From the NCBI RefSeq assembly GCF_009914755.1, contig NC_060944.1: a stretch of 64,000 nt of DNA; one strand, 5' to 3'. Below are positions 27,882 through 41,313 of this stretch, in pieces. A program made the translations under genes and the position numbers. The DNA comes from the human T2T-CHM13v2.0 reference genome, Homo sapiens. The notes under the pieces were generated by a model. It was not told where the DNA came from. It ran no database searches and worked only from the letters and a program-made list of their open reading frames with translations. The stretch's first letter is position 1; each line of letters starts with the position of its first letter.

Positions 27882-28331
27882 TTTCACTCACGTCCGTGTG
27901 AAGAGGCCACCAAACAGGCTTTGTGTGAGCAACAAGGCTGTTTATTTCACCTGGGTGCAGGCGGGCTGAGTCCGAAAAGAGAGTCAGTAAAGGGAGATAG
28001 GGGTGGGGCCATTTTATAAGATTTGGGTAGGTAAAGGAAAATTACAGTCAAAGGGGTGTTGTTCTCTGGCAGGCAGGAATGGGGGTCACAAGGTGCTCAG
28101 TGGGGGAGCTTTTTGAGCTAGGGTGAGCCAGGAAAAGGAATTTCACAATTCAGTTAAGGCAAGGACTGGCCATTTTCACTTCTTTTGTGGTGGAATGTCA
28201 TCAGTTAAGGCAGGAACAGGCCATTTAAATATCACTTCTTTTGTGATTCTTCAGTTACTTCAGGCCATCTGGATGTATACCTGCAGGTCACAGGGCATAT
28301 GATGGCTTAGCTTGGGCTCAGAGGCCTGACA
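27882..28331 (-). mobile_element. HERV-H solo LTR (LTR7B-like)
   Basis: Reverse complement starts TGTCAGGCCTCTGAGCCCAAGCTAAGCCATCATAT; perfect 5-bp TSD ATATA. Confidence 0.93.
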
Positions 28332-28517
28332 ATATATACTGCAAATATTTTGTGCTTGCCTGTCTGTTGCTTATAGTTTAATTTTGCTTACAGTGTCTGT
28401 AAGATTTTTTTTAAAAATACTGACACAATTACATTTATTAGTTCTTCCCATATGTTGTTTGGAGTTTATATCTTGCTTAAGAAGTCCTTTTCCATTCTTG
28501 AGTATAACAGTTACAAT

Positions 28518-29010
28518 TGTTATAAATAAAGTTTTGGTGCTGCAAAAGAAATAGCACTTGAATATAAAATTTTCTATTTTTCTTCTCAGCAAGGCAATTT
28601 ACTTCTATAGAAGGGTGCATCCTCAGAGATGGAGCAATGGTGAGCACACACCTGGACAAGGGAGGAGAAAGGGTTCTTATTTCTGATGCACGTGGGCCCT
28701 GCTGCTGTGTTGTTCCCTTATTGGCTAGGGTTAGACCACACAGGCTAAACTAATTCTGATTGGCTAATTTAAAGAGAGTGATGGGATGAGTGGTTTGGCA
28801 GGGAAAATGGTCATGGCAGAGAAGGAAATCAGAATGAGTCAGGGTGGAGAATGAGTCAGGGCAGAGAAGGTAATCAGAATGAGTCAGGGTGGGGCAGGTG
28901 ATTGAAAAAGGTTGTTTTATGAGGAAGTTAAGTTTAAAAGTAGAAGGCAAAGAGTTGAACATACTGACATATTGATTCTTTAAAAAGAAATTTAGAACTC
29001 ATATCTAACA
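28518..29010 (-). mobile_element. LTR10 (LTR10F/A-like, HERV-I group) solo LTR with three AP-1 motifs
   Basis: Reverse complement starts TGTTAGATATGAGTTCTAAATTTC; TSD CAAT; TGAGTCA at 28835, 28852 and 28880. Confidence 0.88.
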
Positions 29011-30271
29011 CAATTCTTCTAAGACATTTATAATTTAAGCTCAGTAATCTATCTTGGAATTATTTTTATTTATGGTGTGGAGTTAAAGTTATCCAGTTAA
29101 AGTTACTGGATCTAACTTTAACTTTTTAAAATAGTAAATTTCCGTAACTGTCTCTATAAAAGGTCTCTGTGTTTTGAAAAGCCAGCTCACCATAGACTAA
29201 GTATCCAAATATAGTTGAGTCTGTTGCAGGATCATTGTTGATTCTCTTTCCTTGATTATTTTATTTGTTCCTGGGTGGGTATTGTAGAGTTGCTATTGAG
29301 TAGGAAAAGTCCTTTACATTATTCTTTTAAAAACCTTTTAAAAATGAGAATTCCCATTTATTCCTTAAAACCTTTTCATTGTGAAACCAACACAAAAACC
29401 GAAAAGTTCATAATGCATAGATGTCAAGCAGAATGAATCACTTTAAAATGAACGCTCATGAAATGATTCCCCATATAGTGTGGAGAGAACATCTCAGGCT
29501 CCCTGGAGTTATGCATGCCACTCTTCCCTGCTCTGCCCCAGAAGAAGCCTTTACCGTGAACACTGCCTAAGTGTACAGCCCTCAACACCACAGTTTTACC
29601 TGCTCCTTGAACTTCATAGGCGTGAGGTCCCACATGCTGTGTTATTTTGGTTTGGCTTGTGTCTTTCAATATTATGTTTGTGCATTTCATTCATGTTGTG
29701 GCAGGTAGCAATAATATATTCCTTTTGTTTTTTCAAAATCAAGTGTTTTATTTTAAAAAAATTTATTGTATATATTTAAAGTATATAACACGATATTTTC
29801 ATATACCTGTAGATAATGAAATGGTTACTACAGTTGAGTGAATTAACATATCCATCATTACACATTGTTACCTTTTTATGGGGATCAAGATCCCCAAAAT
29901 CCACACTTTTAGAAAAATCCCAAATACAATATAGTAATCTTGACTTTGTCCTCATGTTGTACATTAGAACTCCAGACTTGTTTGTTCTACATATCTGTGA
30001 CTTTTTATCCTTTGACCTATGTCTCCCCATTTCTTCCCTGACCCATTTCACTTTTTATGTTAAGTGAAGTGAAAAACCAGATACAGAAAGAAAAATACTA
30101 CATGATCTCATTTATGTGTGGAATCTTAAAGAAAAAAAAGTATGTTCGTTCCGACTGCTGCAGAAAATTTCGTTATATAAGCACACTACCATGTATTTAT
30201 CCTGCTATTGTTGATACATATTGGGGTTGTTTTCCGTCTTTGACTGTATGAGTAGTGACACTATGCACACA

Positions 30272-32685
30272 CAGGCATACCTTGTGGATACTGTGCCTTG
30301 TGGATTTAGTTCCGTAATACAATCCATCGCATTGTATTCCATGCAATACAGTGAATATCACACTAAAGTGAGTCACACACATAATTTGGACTCCCAGTGC
30401 CAATAAAGTTATGTTTACACTATACTGGAGTCTATTAAGTGTACAATAGCACTAAATCTAAAAATATATACCTTAGTTAAAAATACTGTATTGTTAACAA
30501 TGCAGATGATACCTAAACCTTAGGCCCATTGTAATCTTTTGCTGGTGAGGGATCTTGCCTTGATGTTGGTGGCTGCTGACTGAGCAGGGTGGTGGCTGCT
30601 GAAGGTTGAGGGGACTGTGGCAATTTCTTAAAATAAGACAACAGTGAAGTTTGCCACATTGATTGACTTACTCTCATGAAAGCTTTCCTGTAGCATGTGA
30701 TGGTGTTTGATAACATTTTACCCACAGTAGACTTTTTGAAAAAATTGGAGTCAACCCTCTCAAACCTTGCAGCTGCTTTATCAACTCAGTTTGTGTAATA
30801 GTCTAAATCCTTTGTTGTCATTTCAACAATGTTCACAGCACCTTCACCAGAAATCAATTCCATTTCAAGAAACCATTTTCTTTGCTCATCTCTGAGAAAC
30901 AGCTCCTCATCTATTCACATCTTATTATGAGACAGCAGCAATTCAGTCACATTTTCAGTTCCATTTCTAATTTTAGTCGTCTTGCTATTTCCACCACATC
31001 TGCAATTACTTCCTCCACTGAAGTCTTGAGTCCCTCAAAGTCATTCATGATGGTTGGATCACATTCTTCCAAATTTCTGTTAATGTTGATATTTTGAACT
31101 CCTCCCATGAATCACACATGTTCTGAATGGCATGTAGAATGGTGAATCCTTTCCAGAAGGTTTTCAACCTACTTTGCCCAGATCCATCAGAGGAATCACT
31201 CTTTATGGAAGTTACAGCCTTATGAAATGTTTTCCTTAAATAACAACACTTGAAAGTTGAAATTACTCCTGCAGAATGGATGTTGTATTAGCTGACATTG
31301 AAACAATATAAATCCTTGTATATTTCCACTAGAGCTCTTGGGTGACCAGGTGCATTGTCAATGAGCAGCAATACTTTGAAGGGAATTGTGCATGTGCTTT
31401 TTTTTTTTTTTTTTTGAGCATTATGTCTCAGTAGTAGGCTTAATATATTCAGTAAACCGTGTTGTAAACAAAAATGCTTTCATCCAGGATTTGTTGTCTT
31501 ATCATATGTAAAGTAGATTTAGCATAATTCTTAAGTGCTTTAGGATTTTCAGAATAGTAAATGAACATTGGCTTCAATTTAAAGTCACCAGCTGCATTAG
31601 CCTCTAACAAGAGAGTTAACCTGTCGATTGAAGCTTTGAAGACAGACATTGACTTCTCTCTAGCTATGAAAGTACTAGATGGCATCTTCTTCTAACAGAA
31701 GCCTGATCGAACTACATTGAAAATCTCTTGTTTGTGTAGCCACCTCCATCAATGATCTTAGCTGCATCTTCGGGATAACTTGCTGTAGCTTCTTCATGAG
31801 TACTTTGCCACTTTACCTTGTATTTTTACGTTATGGAAATGGCTTCTTTTGTTAAACCTCATGAACCAGTCTATGCTAAATTCCAACTTTTCTTCTGCAG
31901 CTTCCTCACCTCCCTCAGCCTTCATAGAATTAAAGACAGTTAGGGCCTTGCTCTGGACTAGACTTTTGCTTCAGGGAATGTTGTGGTTAGTGTGATCTTT
32001 CATCCAGACCATTAAAACTTTCTCTATATCACCAATCAGGTTGTTTTGCTGTCTTATCATTTATGTGTTCAATAGATTAGCACCTTTAATTTTTTTCAAG
32101 AACTCTTTCTTTGCATTCATAGCTTTGTTAACTGTTTGGTGCAACAGTTCTAGCTTTCAGCCTATCTTAGATATCAACATGTCTTCCTCACTAAGCTTAA
32201 TCATTTCTAGCTTTTCATTTAAAGTGAGATATGTGTGACTCTTCTTTTCACATTACAATGAGGCAACAGTAGGGTTGTTAGTTGGCCTTATTTCAGTATT
32301 ACTGTGTTTCAGGGAATAGGGAGGCCTAAGGAGAGGAGAGAGATGGGGAATGGCCAGTCTGTGGAGCAGTAGGAACACACGTATTTATAGATTTAAGTTC
32401 ACTGACTTATATGGTCATGGTTCTTGGTGCTCTAAAACAGTTACATAGTAACATTGAAGACTACTGATCACAAATTACCATAATAGACGTAATAATAATG
32501 AAAAAGTTTGAAATATTTTGAGACTTGCCAAAATGTGACACAGAGACAGGAAATGTGCACATGCATGTTGGAAAAATGGTACCGATAGATGCTTGACTCA
32601 AGGTTGCCATAAACCTTCAATTTGTAAAGAACACGGTACCTATGAAGCATGATAATTCAAAGTACAATAAAATGAGGTGTGCCTG
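30272..32685 (-). mobile_element. Essentially full-length Tigger1 DNA transposon (decayed pogo-like transposase)
   Basis: TIRs CAGGCATACCT / AGGTGTGCCTG about 2.4 kb apart. ORF remnants [36 protein letters not shown] and [23 protein letters not shown]. Confidence 0.93.
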
Positions 32686-33746
32686 TATTTGTACATGTGT
32701 GTGCCTTTGAAGTTAGGTATACATCCAAAAGTGAAATTGCTGGATCCAAGGGTGTGCACTTCTCTCTCTGACCTCTAACCCAAGATTTAAAGGGCTCATG
32801 TGAATAGGTCAGGTCAACCAAGTCAATCTCCCTATTTTAATTCAGCTCTCCCCTAGAGGATAGCCTAATCACAGAAGTAAAATCCATCCTATTCATAGTC
32901 CTAGGGATCCCACAGGGCACACACAATAGGGAGCAGGACTCCTGGGGGCATCTTAGAATTCTGCATACCACACTCCCTTTGTTCAATGCCTAGGAAACTT
33001 TTCTAGAATTTCTAAAAAAAATTTTTTAATATTTTGTCAGTTGTCTCTGATTCTTCTGGGACCAGTTATTGTGTTTAAACTTGATCATTCTCTTTAATAT
33101 GCTCTCTCCCCCAAGTCTTGTAAACCTTGTTTTCTTGTTCATTTTTAAATAAAGTCCACTTTTGCCATTGAGCTGCTCCATTTCCCCAAGAGGCTCTCTT
33201 TGAACAGAAGGGCTGCTAGGGGCTTTGTGCAGGTAGAATGCCCTCAGAGGCAGAAATTTTGGAGGAATCCACATTTCAATAAGGTGTGGATACTAAGATT
33301 GGCAAAGAATAGGAGACTTTAGAGAGAATCAATACAAATACACACTAAGCAAGTTCTAGTTCAGGGTCATAGTTTTATTTCCTCAATATCTATTGATTAG
33401 GTGTGAAGATGCTACAAGCTCTGCTGTTTCCCAAGCTCTAATAAGCAAACCATTAGCTTCCCCAGGAAAATAATTTTGGGGGGAATTGTTTTCTTGCTTT
33501 ATTTTGGAGACAGTTACCATTACTTTAAAATTAAATACTATGATGAGAGACAGAGAGACAGAGATATCAAGGTAAGAAAACTTCCAAATTACCCCAAAAC
33601 TTCTGGACAGAAAAGAGTTGAAGAGGGGGAAGGCAAAAAAGACATTCTTGGCCTTGAGTAGTCAATGACATGTTTATTTACCAGAGATGACAATTGATAT
33701 TATGTATTCTTTAATGATATATGATTTTTACATTACTCATTGACAG

Positions 33747-33857
33747 GTGACAGATAGTTTGGAGTACTATATTGAGGTCAAAATTGCCCGAACAATTTGC
33801 AAGAAAATTTCAGAAGATGAAAACTGTGCATTTCAAGAGGATCCCAAAATGCAAAAG
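33747..33857 (+). pseudogene. CST13P: CST13P second coding exon (open, 37 codons)
   Basis: TTGACAG|GTG...AAG|GTATGT; translates to VTDSLEYYIEVKIARTICKKISEDENCAFQEDPKMQK. Confidence 0.95.
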
Positions 33858-33998
33858 GTATGTAGCTGAGACAAGGAGAACCCCTTGCACTGGTAAGACT
33901 TGTGTACCAGATCATATTCAGGACTGTGGATGACCAGGTTCTAGACACAGAGCATCATTTCTATTATCTGTTGCTGATGCCAACCTTCCCTTCCCGAA

Positions 33999-35016
33999 TG
34001 TTATGGGATCTTTGGGGTGTTGCTTTTCTGGCTGGAAACCTCTATGGCTGGTGGCACCTTTGCCCAAGTTCTTGTCCTGTTTCTGGAAAGAATGAGGTAC
34101 ACAGACAAGTGGAGGGTGAGCAAGATGAAGAGGAGCTTCACTGAGTGTTAGAACAGCTCAGAGGAAACCCCGTGGTGGGTAGCTCCTCTCTGTAGGCAGT
34201 TCATCCAGAGTGTTCAGCTCTCAGCAGAGAGGGTAGCTCCTCTCTGCAGCTGGTCATCTGGTAGTCTTCCCAGATCTCAGCAGAGAGAACAGCTCCTTTC
34301 TGCAGCTGGTTGTCTGTCCTCTGCTCTCTCTGAGTCTGGGGGTTTCTATGGTCTTCAGAGGGGGAAGTGTGTGCTGATTGGTCTGTGGTCAGCCATGGGT
34401 GGGCCCAGCAATAAGTACAAGTTCCCCCTCTGGTCTGCAGGACTGGCAGCCCAGCCCAGAGGCCTCAGGCCCTCCCCAGCCTGGGACCCACCCCCTTCTG
34501 CCCAGGAGCCTGTCTGCCTTCCACCACCCTTCACAGCCCAGGCTGTTCATGCCAAGGGGCGCCCGTAGGCCAGTGCTGAGCTGTCCTCAGCACCCCCCTT
34601 GGCCTCCCTCCGTGCTTCTCGGTGCCCAAAGATTGGAGGGGGCCGAAGCAAGAGGGGGCCAGAGTATTACAGCTGCCCTGAGCATGCGTGCACCCGACTG
34701 GATTGCGACAACTCCGGGGTTCTGCCCCAGCCTTGCTCCATGATCAGAGCAGGTGCCAGGAGCGGGGAGAGGCCAGGCAGTGTAAGCAGGCATCCCAAGC
34801 CTGTGGGGGGCAGGGAGAAGTTCCCAGGCCCTCAAGAGCACAGAGATGCCCAGGTCTACCCCTGGACCTGGGCAGCTGCAGCTGAATCCAGGGCCTCCTG
34901 CCTCCCACAACTCAGAAGCTGCGTGGCTCCTGCTTATCCTGGAGTCCTGGGCCCACTTTCCTGCTGCAGCCGGCGTCTTGGCAGTGGCCACTCTCCATGT
35001 GCCGCTGCTGCCATCA
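33999..35016 (-). mobile_element. MER52-like ERV1 LTR
   Basis: TGTTATGGGATC...GAATGAGGTACACAGACAAGTGGAGGGTGAGCAAG..., repeated GGGTAGCTCCTCTCTG, ends GCCGCTGCTGCCATCA. Confidence 0.8.
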
Positions 35017-35039
35017 CCACCAACACACCAACACTCACC

Positions 35040-35079
35040 CACGCGCGCGCGCGCGCGCACACACACACACACACACACA
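35040..35079. repeat. CA(CG)8(CA)11 alternating purine-pyrimidine tract
   Basis: Read directly from the sequence. Confidence 0.95.
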
Positions 35080-35279
35080 GAGTTAGTGGCTTAAAGTAAA
35101 ACGAACTCATTATTTCTCACTATTCTGCAACCTGTGCTGTGTTCTATTGGGGCAGGAATATTCTAGATAGCTACTTTACTCATGTGTTTGGCACCTCCAC
35201 TAGGATGGCTGAAACAATGGGGGGGCTGGCTAGGCATCCTTCTCATACTGCTCAGGGACTAGCCATGGGGCAAACTTGT

Positions 35280-35391
35280 AGAGTGATCAGTCATCCTGGT
35301 TTGTCAAAGACTGTAGGCTTTCCTGGGATGTAGGCCTTTCAGTACTAAAACCAGGGAAATTTTGGCAAACCAAGATGTGTTGGTCATCCTA
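35280..35391. mobile_element. MER81-like hAT-Blackjack MITE
   Basis: Imperfect TIRs AGAGTGATCAGTCATCCTGGTTTG / CAAACCAAGATGTGTTGGTCATCCTA. Confidence 0.65.
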
Positions 35392-35687
35392 TACTTGGAC
35401 ATTCTCACAACATGGTGCTTCCAAGGGAGTCAAAATTCTTAATTGGCTCCTAAGAGGAAGAAGCAGAAGCTGCCATCAGAACTGATAGAGAAGAAAGTGA
35501 TGGCCGCCATCTTGGTGCACTGTCAACTCCGGCACCCTTTGCTGAGGGGTCCTGACCCAGTAGAAGGTACAGCATGACCTTCCTCCACTGCAGTCCTTGA
35601 AAGACCATTCCTCTCCTGCTGGGATTCCACAAGCCTGTGATTGCTTTGAAGCAGAGGATGTTGGAAGCAATGCTTCTTGGCTGATTC

Positions 35688-36280
35688 TGATACCAGTGGG
35701 CTAGGGGAGGTCTCCAAATGCCAGCGGGACGTTGACCCTGGATGGTGCCCGGGCTCTTGACACCTTCATGAGAAGGAATTCAAGGATAAGTTTGAAAATA
35801 GTGAAAATACAGAGATTTGTTGCAAAGCGAAAAGAACACACTCAAGACGTGGGGAGTGTGGGTATGTACTTGAGAGAGAGAGTCATGTGCAAGAGGGTTT
35901 GGTGCTCCTACCTTTATGGGTTTCTTTAACCAAAGTCTGGAATATTCATGAAAATTCCTGGAAAAAGATGGAGATTTCTTGGACCGGTGCCACCCATTTT
36001 TACACCAAATATGGGTGTTCCCAGAGCTCCATGGTGCTGATGGGTGTGTATTTAATATGTTAATGAGCACATAATGAAGTCCTAGGTGAAACTTAGGTCA
36101 AATCCAGTGCCATGTTGGGTCCAGTCAGTCTTAGCCAGCTTGGTCCACACCCTGGTTTTCAGGGTATCATCAGCCCCTAGCTTCTGCAGCTATTTCAACA
36201 GTTTCCTTTTGCTAGTCATGCAAAACTGCTGCCTGGAATGTTCTATTCTCCTGCAACCACCCTGTAGTATTCCTGTCTCA
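35688..36280 (-). mobile_element. ERV1-class solo LTR (subfamily not determined)
   Basis: TG...CA termini (TGATACC...CCTGTCTCA) with a perfect TSD ATTC. Confidence 0.8.
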
Positions 36281-37017
36281 ATTCCACTAGTCCAGCTGCT
36301 GCATGGAAGTCCTACAAGGCTCTGGAACAGTCCCAAGACTCCAGCCCAATGGCCCTGCATGCTCCCCATAGTCTCAGAGGTCCAGGCTGCTGCTGCTTCA
36401 GGCCAAGATGGGGGACAGCCCCAGCCAGGCCAGGCTGTTTTCAGATGGAGACTGTCACAAAGGCAAGTTCATCACAGAGGAGACAGGCTTAATAAAAAAG
36501 TCCCTTACTCTCCTCGTAGTTGACTAAACAGGGATACATTTCAGATTTAAATTTGATATTTTAAAATGTATATAAATATTTTCTAAAAGTATATTCTCAT
36601 AAAAATATATGGGATAACAGTGAGGTCATGCCCCTTGGACTCCTGGATGATGCCCCAATTCTGCCCCCTGCCAAGGAGTTTCCACTGGGATCATTTGTGT
36701 GGACAGCTTTAAGATAATTTTGCTATAAACTTACAAAAATGACACAGTCTTTTTTCTCTTTCCCTTTTTATTTAAATAACTGCTGACGTGTGTTTTTTGA
36801 TATAACTTCCTTTTTTTTTACATTTGTCTTGGTAATCTTCTCATTGAAATTATTTCCAAATTTTTTCTTTCATAAATGAAACTGCATTGAAAACCCTTAT
36901 ATATGCATATTTCTGTGCCCTGTGTATTTTTTCATCTATTTACTAAATACCCGAAGCAGGCACAAGACACGGACAGGTGGAAATAGTGGCAGATAAGTGA
37001 TTGGCAAAAACTGCTCA

Positions 37018-37350
<333 letters not shown>

Positions 37351-37579
37351 TTCCTCATATTTTAATGAAGAGCAGACATCATAGCAGAATGCCAAGTGCA
37401 AGCAGATGGCTAAATCTAGAGATTGAATTCTTATAAAAGATTAGAAATAATTTTAAATTAAGTAATATTTCAGAAATTCAAGGAAGTACTAAGAATGATA
37501 TATCAAATGCCCACCTGCCTACCACACAAATTTTACAACTATTATCATTTTATTACATTAATTTTAGATATCTATTTTT

Positions 37580-38400
37580 TAAAATTTATTTTTATTTATT
37601 TTTAAAAATAAATTTTATTGGGTATATTTAAAATATATCACATGGTAGTATGTGATTCATACAGATAGTAAAGTTACCATAGTGAAGTAAAATAACATAT
37701 CTATAATCTCACATAATTTTGCATTTTGTGACATGAACAACTAAATCTAGTCATCTAGCAGAAATTCCAAATATAGTATAATTTAATTAACTCATGATGT
37801 ACATTAAACCTCATCCTATATCTGCTAATTTGTAGCTTCTAGCCTACATCTCCCAACCCCCTACAACCCGCTCTGCGGGTAACCATTACTTTATCCTCTC
37901 TCTGTATATTTGGCTCTCTCTTTTTTTTTTTTTTTTTTTCAGATTCTACGTGTAAGTGTGATCATGCAATATATTTCTTTCCGTGTCTGGCTTGTTTCAC
38001 TTAGTACAACATCCTCCAGGTTCATCCATGTGGCCAATGACAGGATCCCCTTCTTCTTTAAGGCTGAATAATATTTCATTGTGTGTGTGTACTGCATCTT
38101 CTTTATCCATCCGTTGATGGGCACTTAGGTTGTTTCCACATGCTGGGTATTGTGAATAGTGTTGCAACGAACACAGGAGTGCAGATATCTTTATGAGGTG
38201 ATGATTTTATTTCCAGAGGGATTGCTGAGTCATATGGTAATTCTATTTTTAATTTCTTCAGGAACCTCCATACAGTTTTTCATAATGGCTGCGCCAGTTT
38301 ACCTTCCCAGAAACAGTGTACAAGGGCTCTCTTCTCGCCACACCCTCACCAACATTCATTATCTCTTGACTTTTTGGTAATAGCCATCCTAATGGGTATT
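37580..38400 (-). mobile_element. L1MA/MB 3' fragment
   Basis: ORF track gives the typical L1 3' pseudo-peptide KYYSALKKKGILSLATWMNLEDVVLSE. Confidence 0.85.
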
Positions 38401-38755
38401 ATTATTTATTTTAAAAAGTAAAATGTTACACATCTATTATGCTCCCCCCTCAAAGATAACCACTCTTCTATCATTGGTGGGTAACATTTCTACCTATGTT
38501 TAAAAACTTTTGCCTATGTAAAAGAATTTTGTGTGCTTTTCAAAATTTACATACATTTTGGAATTTCTGTTTTGTTTTGTTTTTTATTTATAGGACTTGC
38601 TTTTTAATATCCTTTTTGGGAGCAATAAGGCAGCTCCTGTTGGGGCCACAGCCTTAGATGGAGGAACACAGCCAACCTGCTGTGACTCCCTGACCTCACC
38701 CTCCTCCTGCTTCCCACTTTTCTGATTTTATCCTTCCTTGGCCAAACTCAACTGG

Positions 38756-39262
38756 AAGCCAGAAGGGGCCCACTGACACTGTCCATGGTGGTCATAGAGC
38801 AAGGGTGCCCACTGGCATGGTCCAGAGAAGTCAGAGGATAAGGATGTCCATTGGAGCAACCCACAGAGGTCAGAGGGCAAATGTGCCCATTGGAGCAGCC
38901 TGTGGAGGTCAGAGGGTAACGGTGCACATTGGTGTAGTCTGTGGAGGACAGAGGGTAAGGGTGCCATTGGAGCAGCCCATAGAGGTCAGAAGGTGAGGGG
39001 CCCACCGGTGTAGTCCATGGAGGTCAGAGGGTAAAGGTGCCAATTGGAGCTGCCCATGGAGGTCAGAGGGTAAGGGTGCCCACTGGAGCTGCCCAGGGAG
39101 GTCAGAGGGCAAGGGTGCCCATGGGAGTTGCCCATGGAGGTCAGAGGGCAAGGGTGCCCGTTGGAGCAGCCCATGGAGGTCAGAGGGCAAGGGTGCTCAT
39201 TGGAGTAGCCCATGGAGGTGAGAGGGCAAGGGTGCCCACTGGAGCAGCCCATGGAGGTCAGT
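38756..39262. repeat. 39-bp minisatellite, about 13 copies, inside an old MaLR/ERVL-type LTR remnant
   Basis: Unit approximately CCATGGAGGTCAGAGGGCAAGGGTGCCCATTGGAGCAGC, recurring at 38-39 bp spacing. Confidence 0.95.
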
Positions 39263-41229
39263 CTTCCAAGACAAGCCAGGTAGAGATAGGAGGAGTGCAG
39301 ACCTCGGGGGACAAATGGAGAAAATTTAGCACAGGGGCAGGGGTGGAGATGTGAGAGCCATATGAGTCCATTATTAGTCTGTTGAGATACCTCAAATGAG
39401 AGATGATGTTGGTTAGGTTGGGGAGGTGCTCAGATTCTGGGTCTATGAAAGTTTGTTTAGAATTTGCTGATTGATTAGCCATGGAGCGTGAGAGGAGGAA
39501 AATCAGGATGGCTTTGGGTTTGAGAGGTTGGGAGGTGGTTTGCTGTCTTTGTTTTCTCTTATGATTGCATCCTCTATCTTGAGTACATGGCACTCAATAA
39601 ACTTTTTTCCACTTGCCCACATCTATTTATCATGTGGAGATTTTTATCTGTCTCTGTCCTTGCATGGGGTCCTTTCCTGTTTCATAAAGCTCTTATAGGT
39701 TGGACTTTCTCTGTTTTCTTGGTTTATTTATTGGTATTTAGAAAGGAAGAAAGTGTGGATATCTGGGATCCTTGGAAAATAAATTTTAAAACAATATTAA
39801 ATAGTTATTGGCCTGATTCATTCAATGTAAAAAATTTGGAAATTTTCAAAAATATTAAGCTTTTTCAAATCATCTGTTAATAACCTTATGTAAATCTTAC
39901 CACTGTAAATATATTGGTATGTATTTTAGTTTAAAAATATTTTATGTTTATATTTTTTGTAATTGAGACCCTGATGAATACTGTTTCATGATCTAGATTT
40001 TTATTTAATAATAAAACCTAAGCATTTCCAAAACTGTAAAATTATTAGAGAGCATCATGTAATGCAACCATTTGATATTATTTTATGATGCTTCCATATA
40101 TTATTTAGCCAATTCCTGAGAATTGATTAAGATTTTCCCTAATTTTTAGCTACTATGGACAGGGCTATAATGAATAGTCTTATTTCTATATGTGTTATGT
40201 CTGATTTTTGTTTCCTTCTAGGCAAGGTTCTCAGAAATGGAATTAGTCATCCAATATTTTTTCACCTCTTAAAAATTTTAATATACATTGCTAAAATATC
40301 CTCTAGGGTTGATCTTGATAATTGGGTTATTCAGGTCCTCTGTTTCCTGATTGTTTTCTGTCTACCTTGGCTGGTCCGGAAGTTAAGCAATTACTTAGTC
40401 ACCTCTCTGGCAAACCTGATGCCCACTCTCTCTGTTTGCACCACTGGCACACACAGGCTCCCTCGTCCCTGGAATCCCCCTCCCGCCCAGGTGCAGAAGC
40501 CTGGACTCAGTTCTGCAAGGCACTGTCTGGGTTGCTGGTGGCGTGTCCTATTTTCTCCCCAAAACTGTTCCTACACCTTTATATCTTACACAACTTCTTC
40601 TCTACTTGATGCTATCATTCAAGTTTACACTGACTTCATAGAAGTATTCTTACTTTATATTTTTATTCTAAATGAAGATTTTAGGAGAGAGGAGGGAAAC
40701 AGTGTTCTCATTCCCATGCATGGATCCTGAAACCCACATGTTCTGCAGGACTCTGGTATGAGAGCTACTTGTTTCCTTCCAGCCCTACAGCTGCAAGCTT
40801 TCCTCCTTGGTTGCTGGCACATTTTTATTTCCCCAAGGGGTGCAGGACCTGGTAATATTCTTGCAATGTTGCATTCCCTGGGTAGGACTGTCTGTGCAGC
40901 ATGGGGTCTCTGTAGGCTACAGGGAGTCCATGTGGCTGGATGAGAGTCAGGGCTGGAGATGGGGATTTTCCAATAATAACCCGTCCTTGGGCTCTGATCC
41001 TTGCTCTCCTGGAGTGAATAAAGCCACACCCATGATGGCTCAGATCACAAGAGGTGAACTGATGAGGACTCCTCTGGTGAGGGGGCTGGATCCTCTGTTT
41101 TCTGATGAGGCGTGGCTGACTCAGACAGATTAGCCCTGCTGAATCTAACTCCTGCCTGGAAATAGGAACTTCTGCTTTTGTTTCCTTCTTTTTAAAATAG
41201 AAACTGACTATTCTTTTTGTCTCTTTCAG

Positions 41230-41313
41230 GTGGTTTTTTGTACTTTTATTGTTGCATCTAAACCATGGAAATTTGAACTCACCATGCTGAAGAAACAATG
41301 CAAAGATATGTAG
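41230..41313 (+). pseudogene. CST13P: CST13P third coding exon (open to the natural stop)
   Basis: TTTTTGTCTCTTTCAG|GTG; translates to VVFCTFIVASKPWKFELTMLKKQCKDM*. Confidence 0.95.

Noticed and set aside
38728-39354. ORFs with 13-aa repeats (LPSDLHGQLQWAP etc.) on both strands; superficially array- or CRISPR-like
   Set aside because: A by-product of a 39-bp unit (a multiple of 3). The units are contiguous with no unique spacers, and there is no gene context.
40155-40730. Longest ORF in the track (191 aa)
   Set aside because: Intronic, with no recognisable domain or splice context; probably overlaps old repeat remnants.
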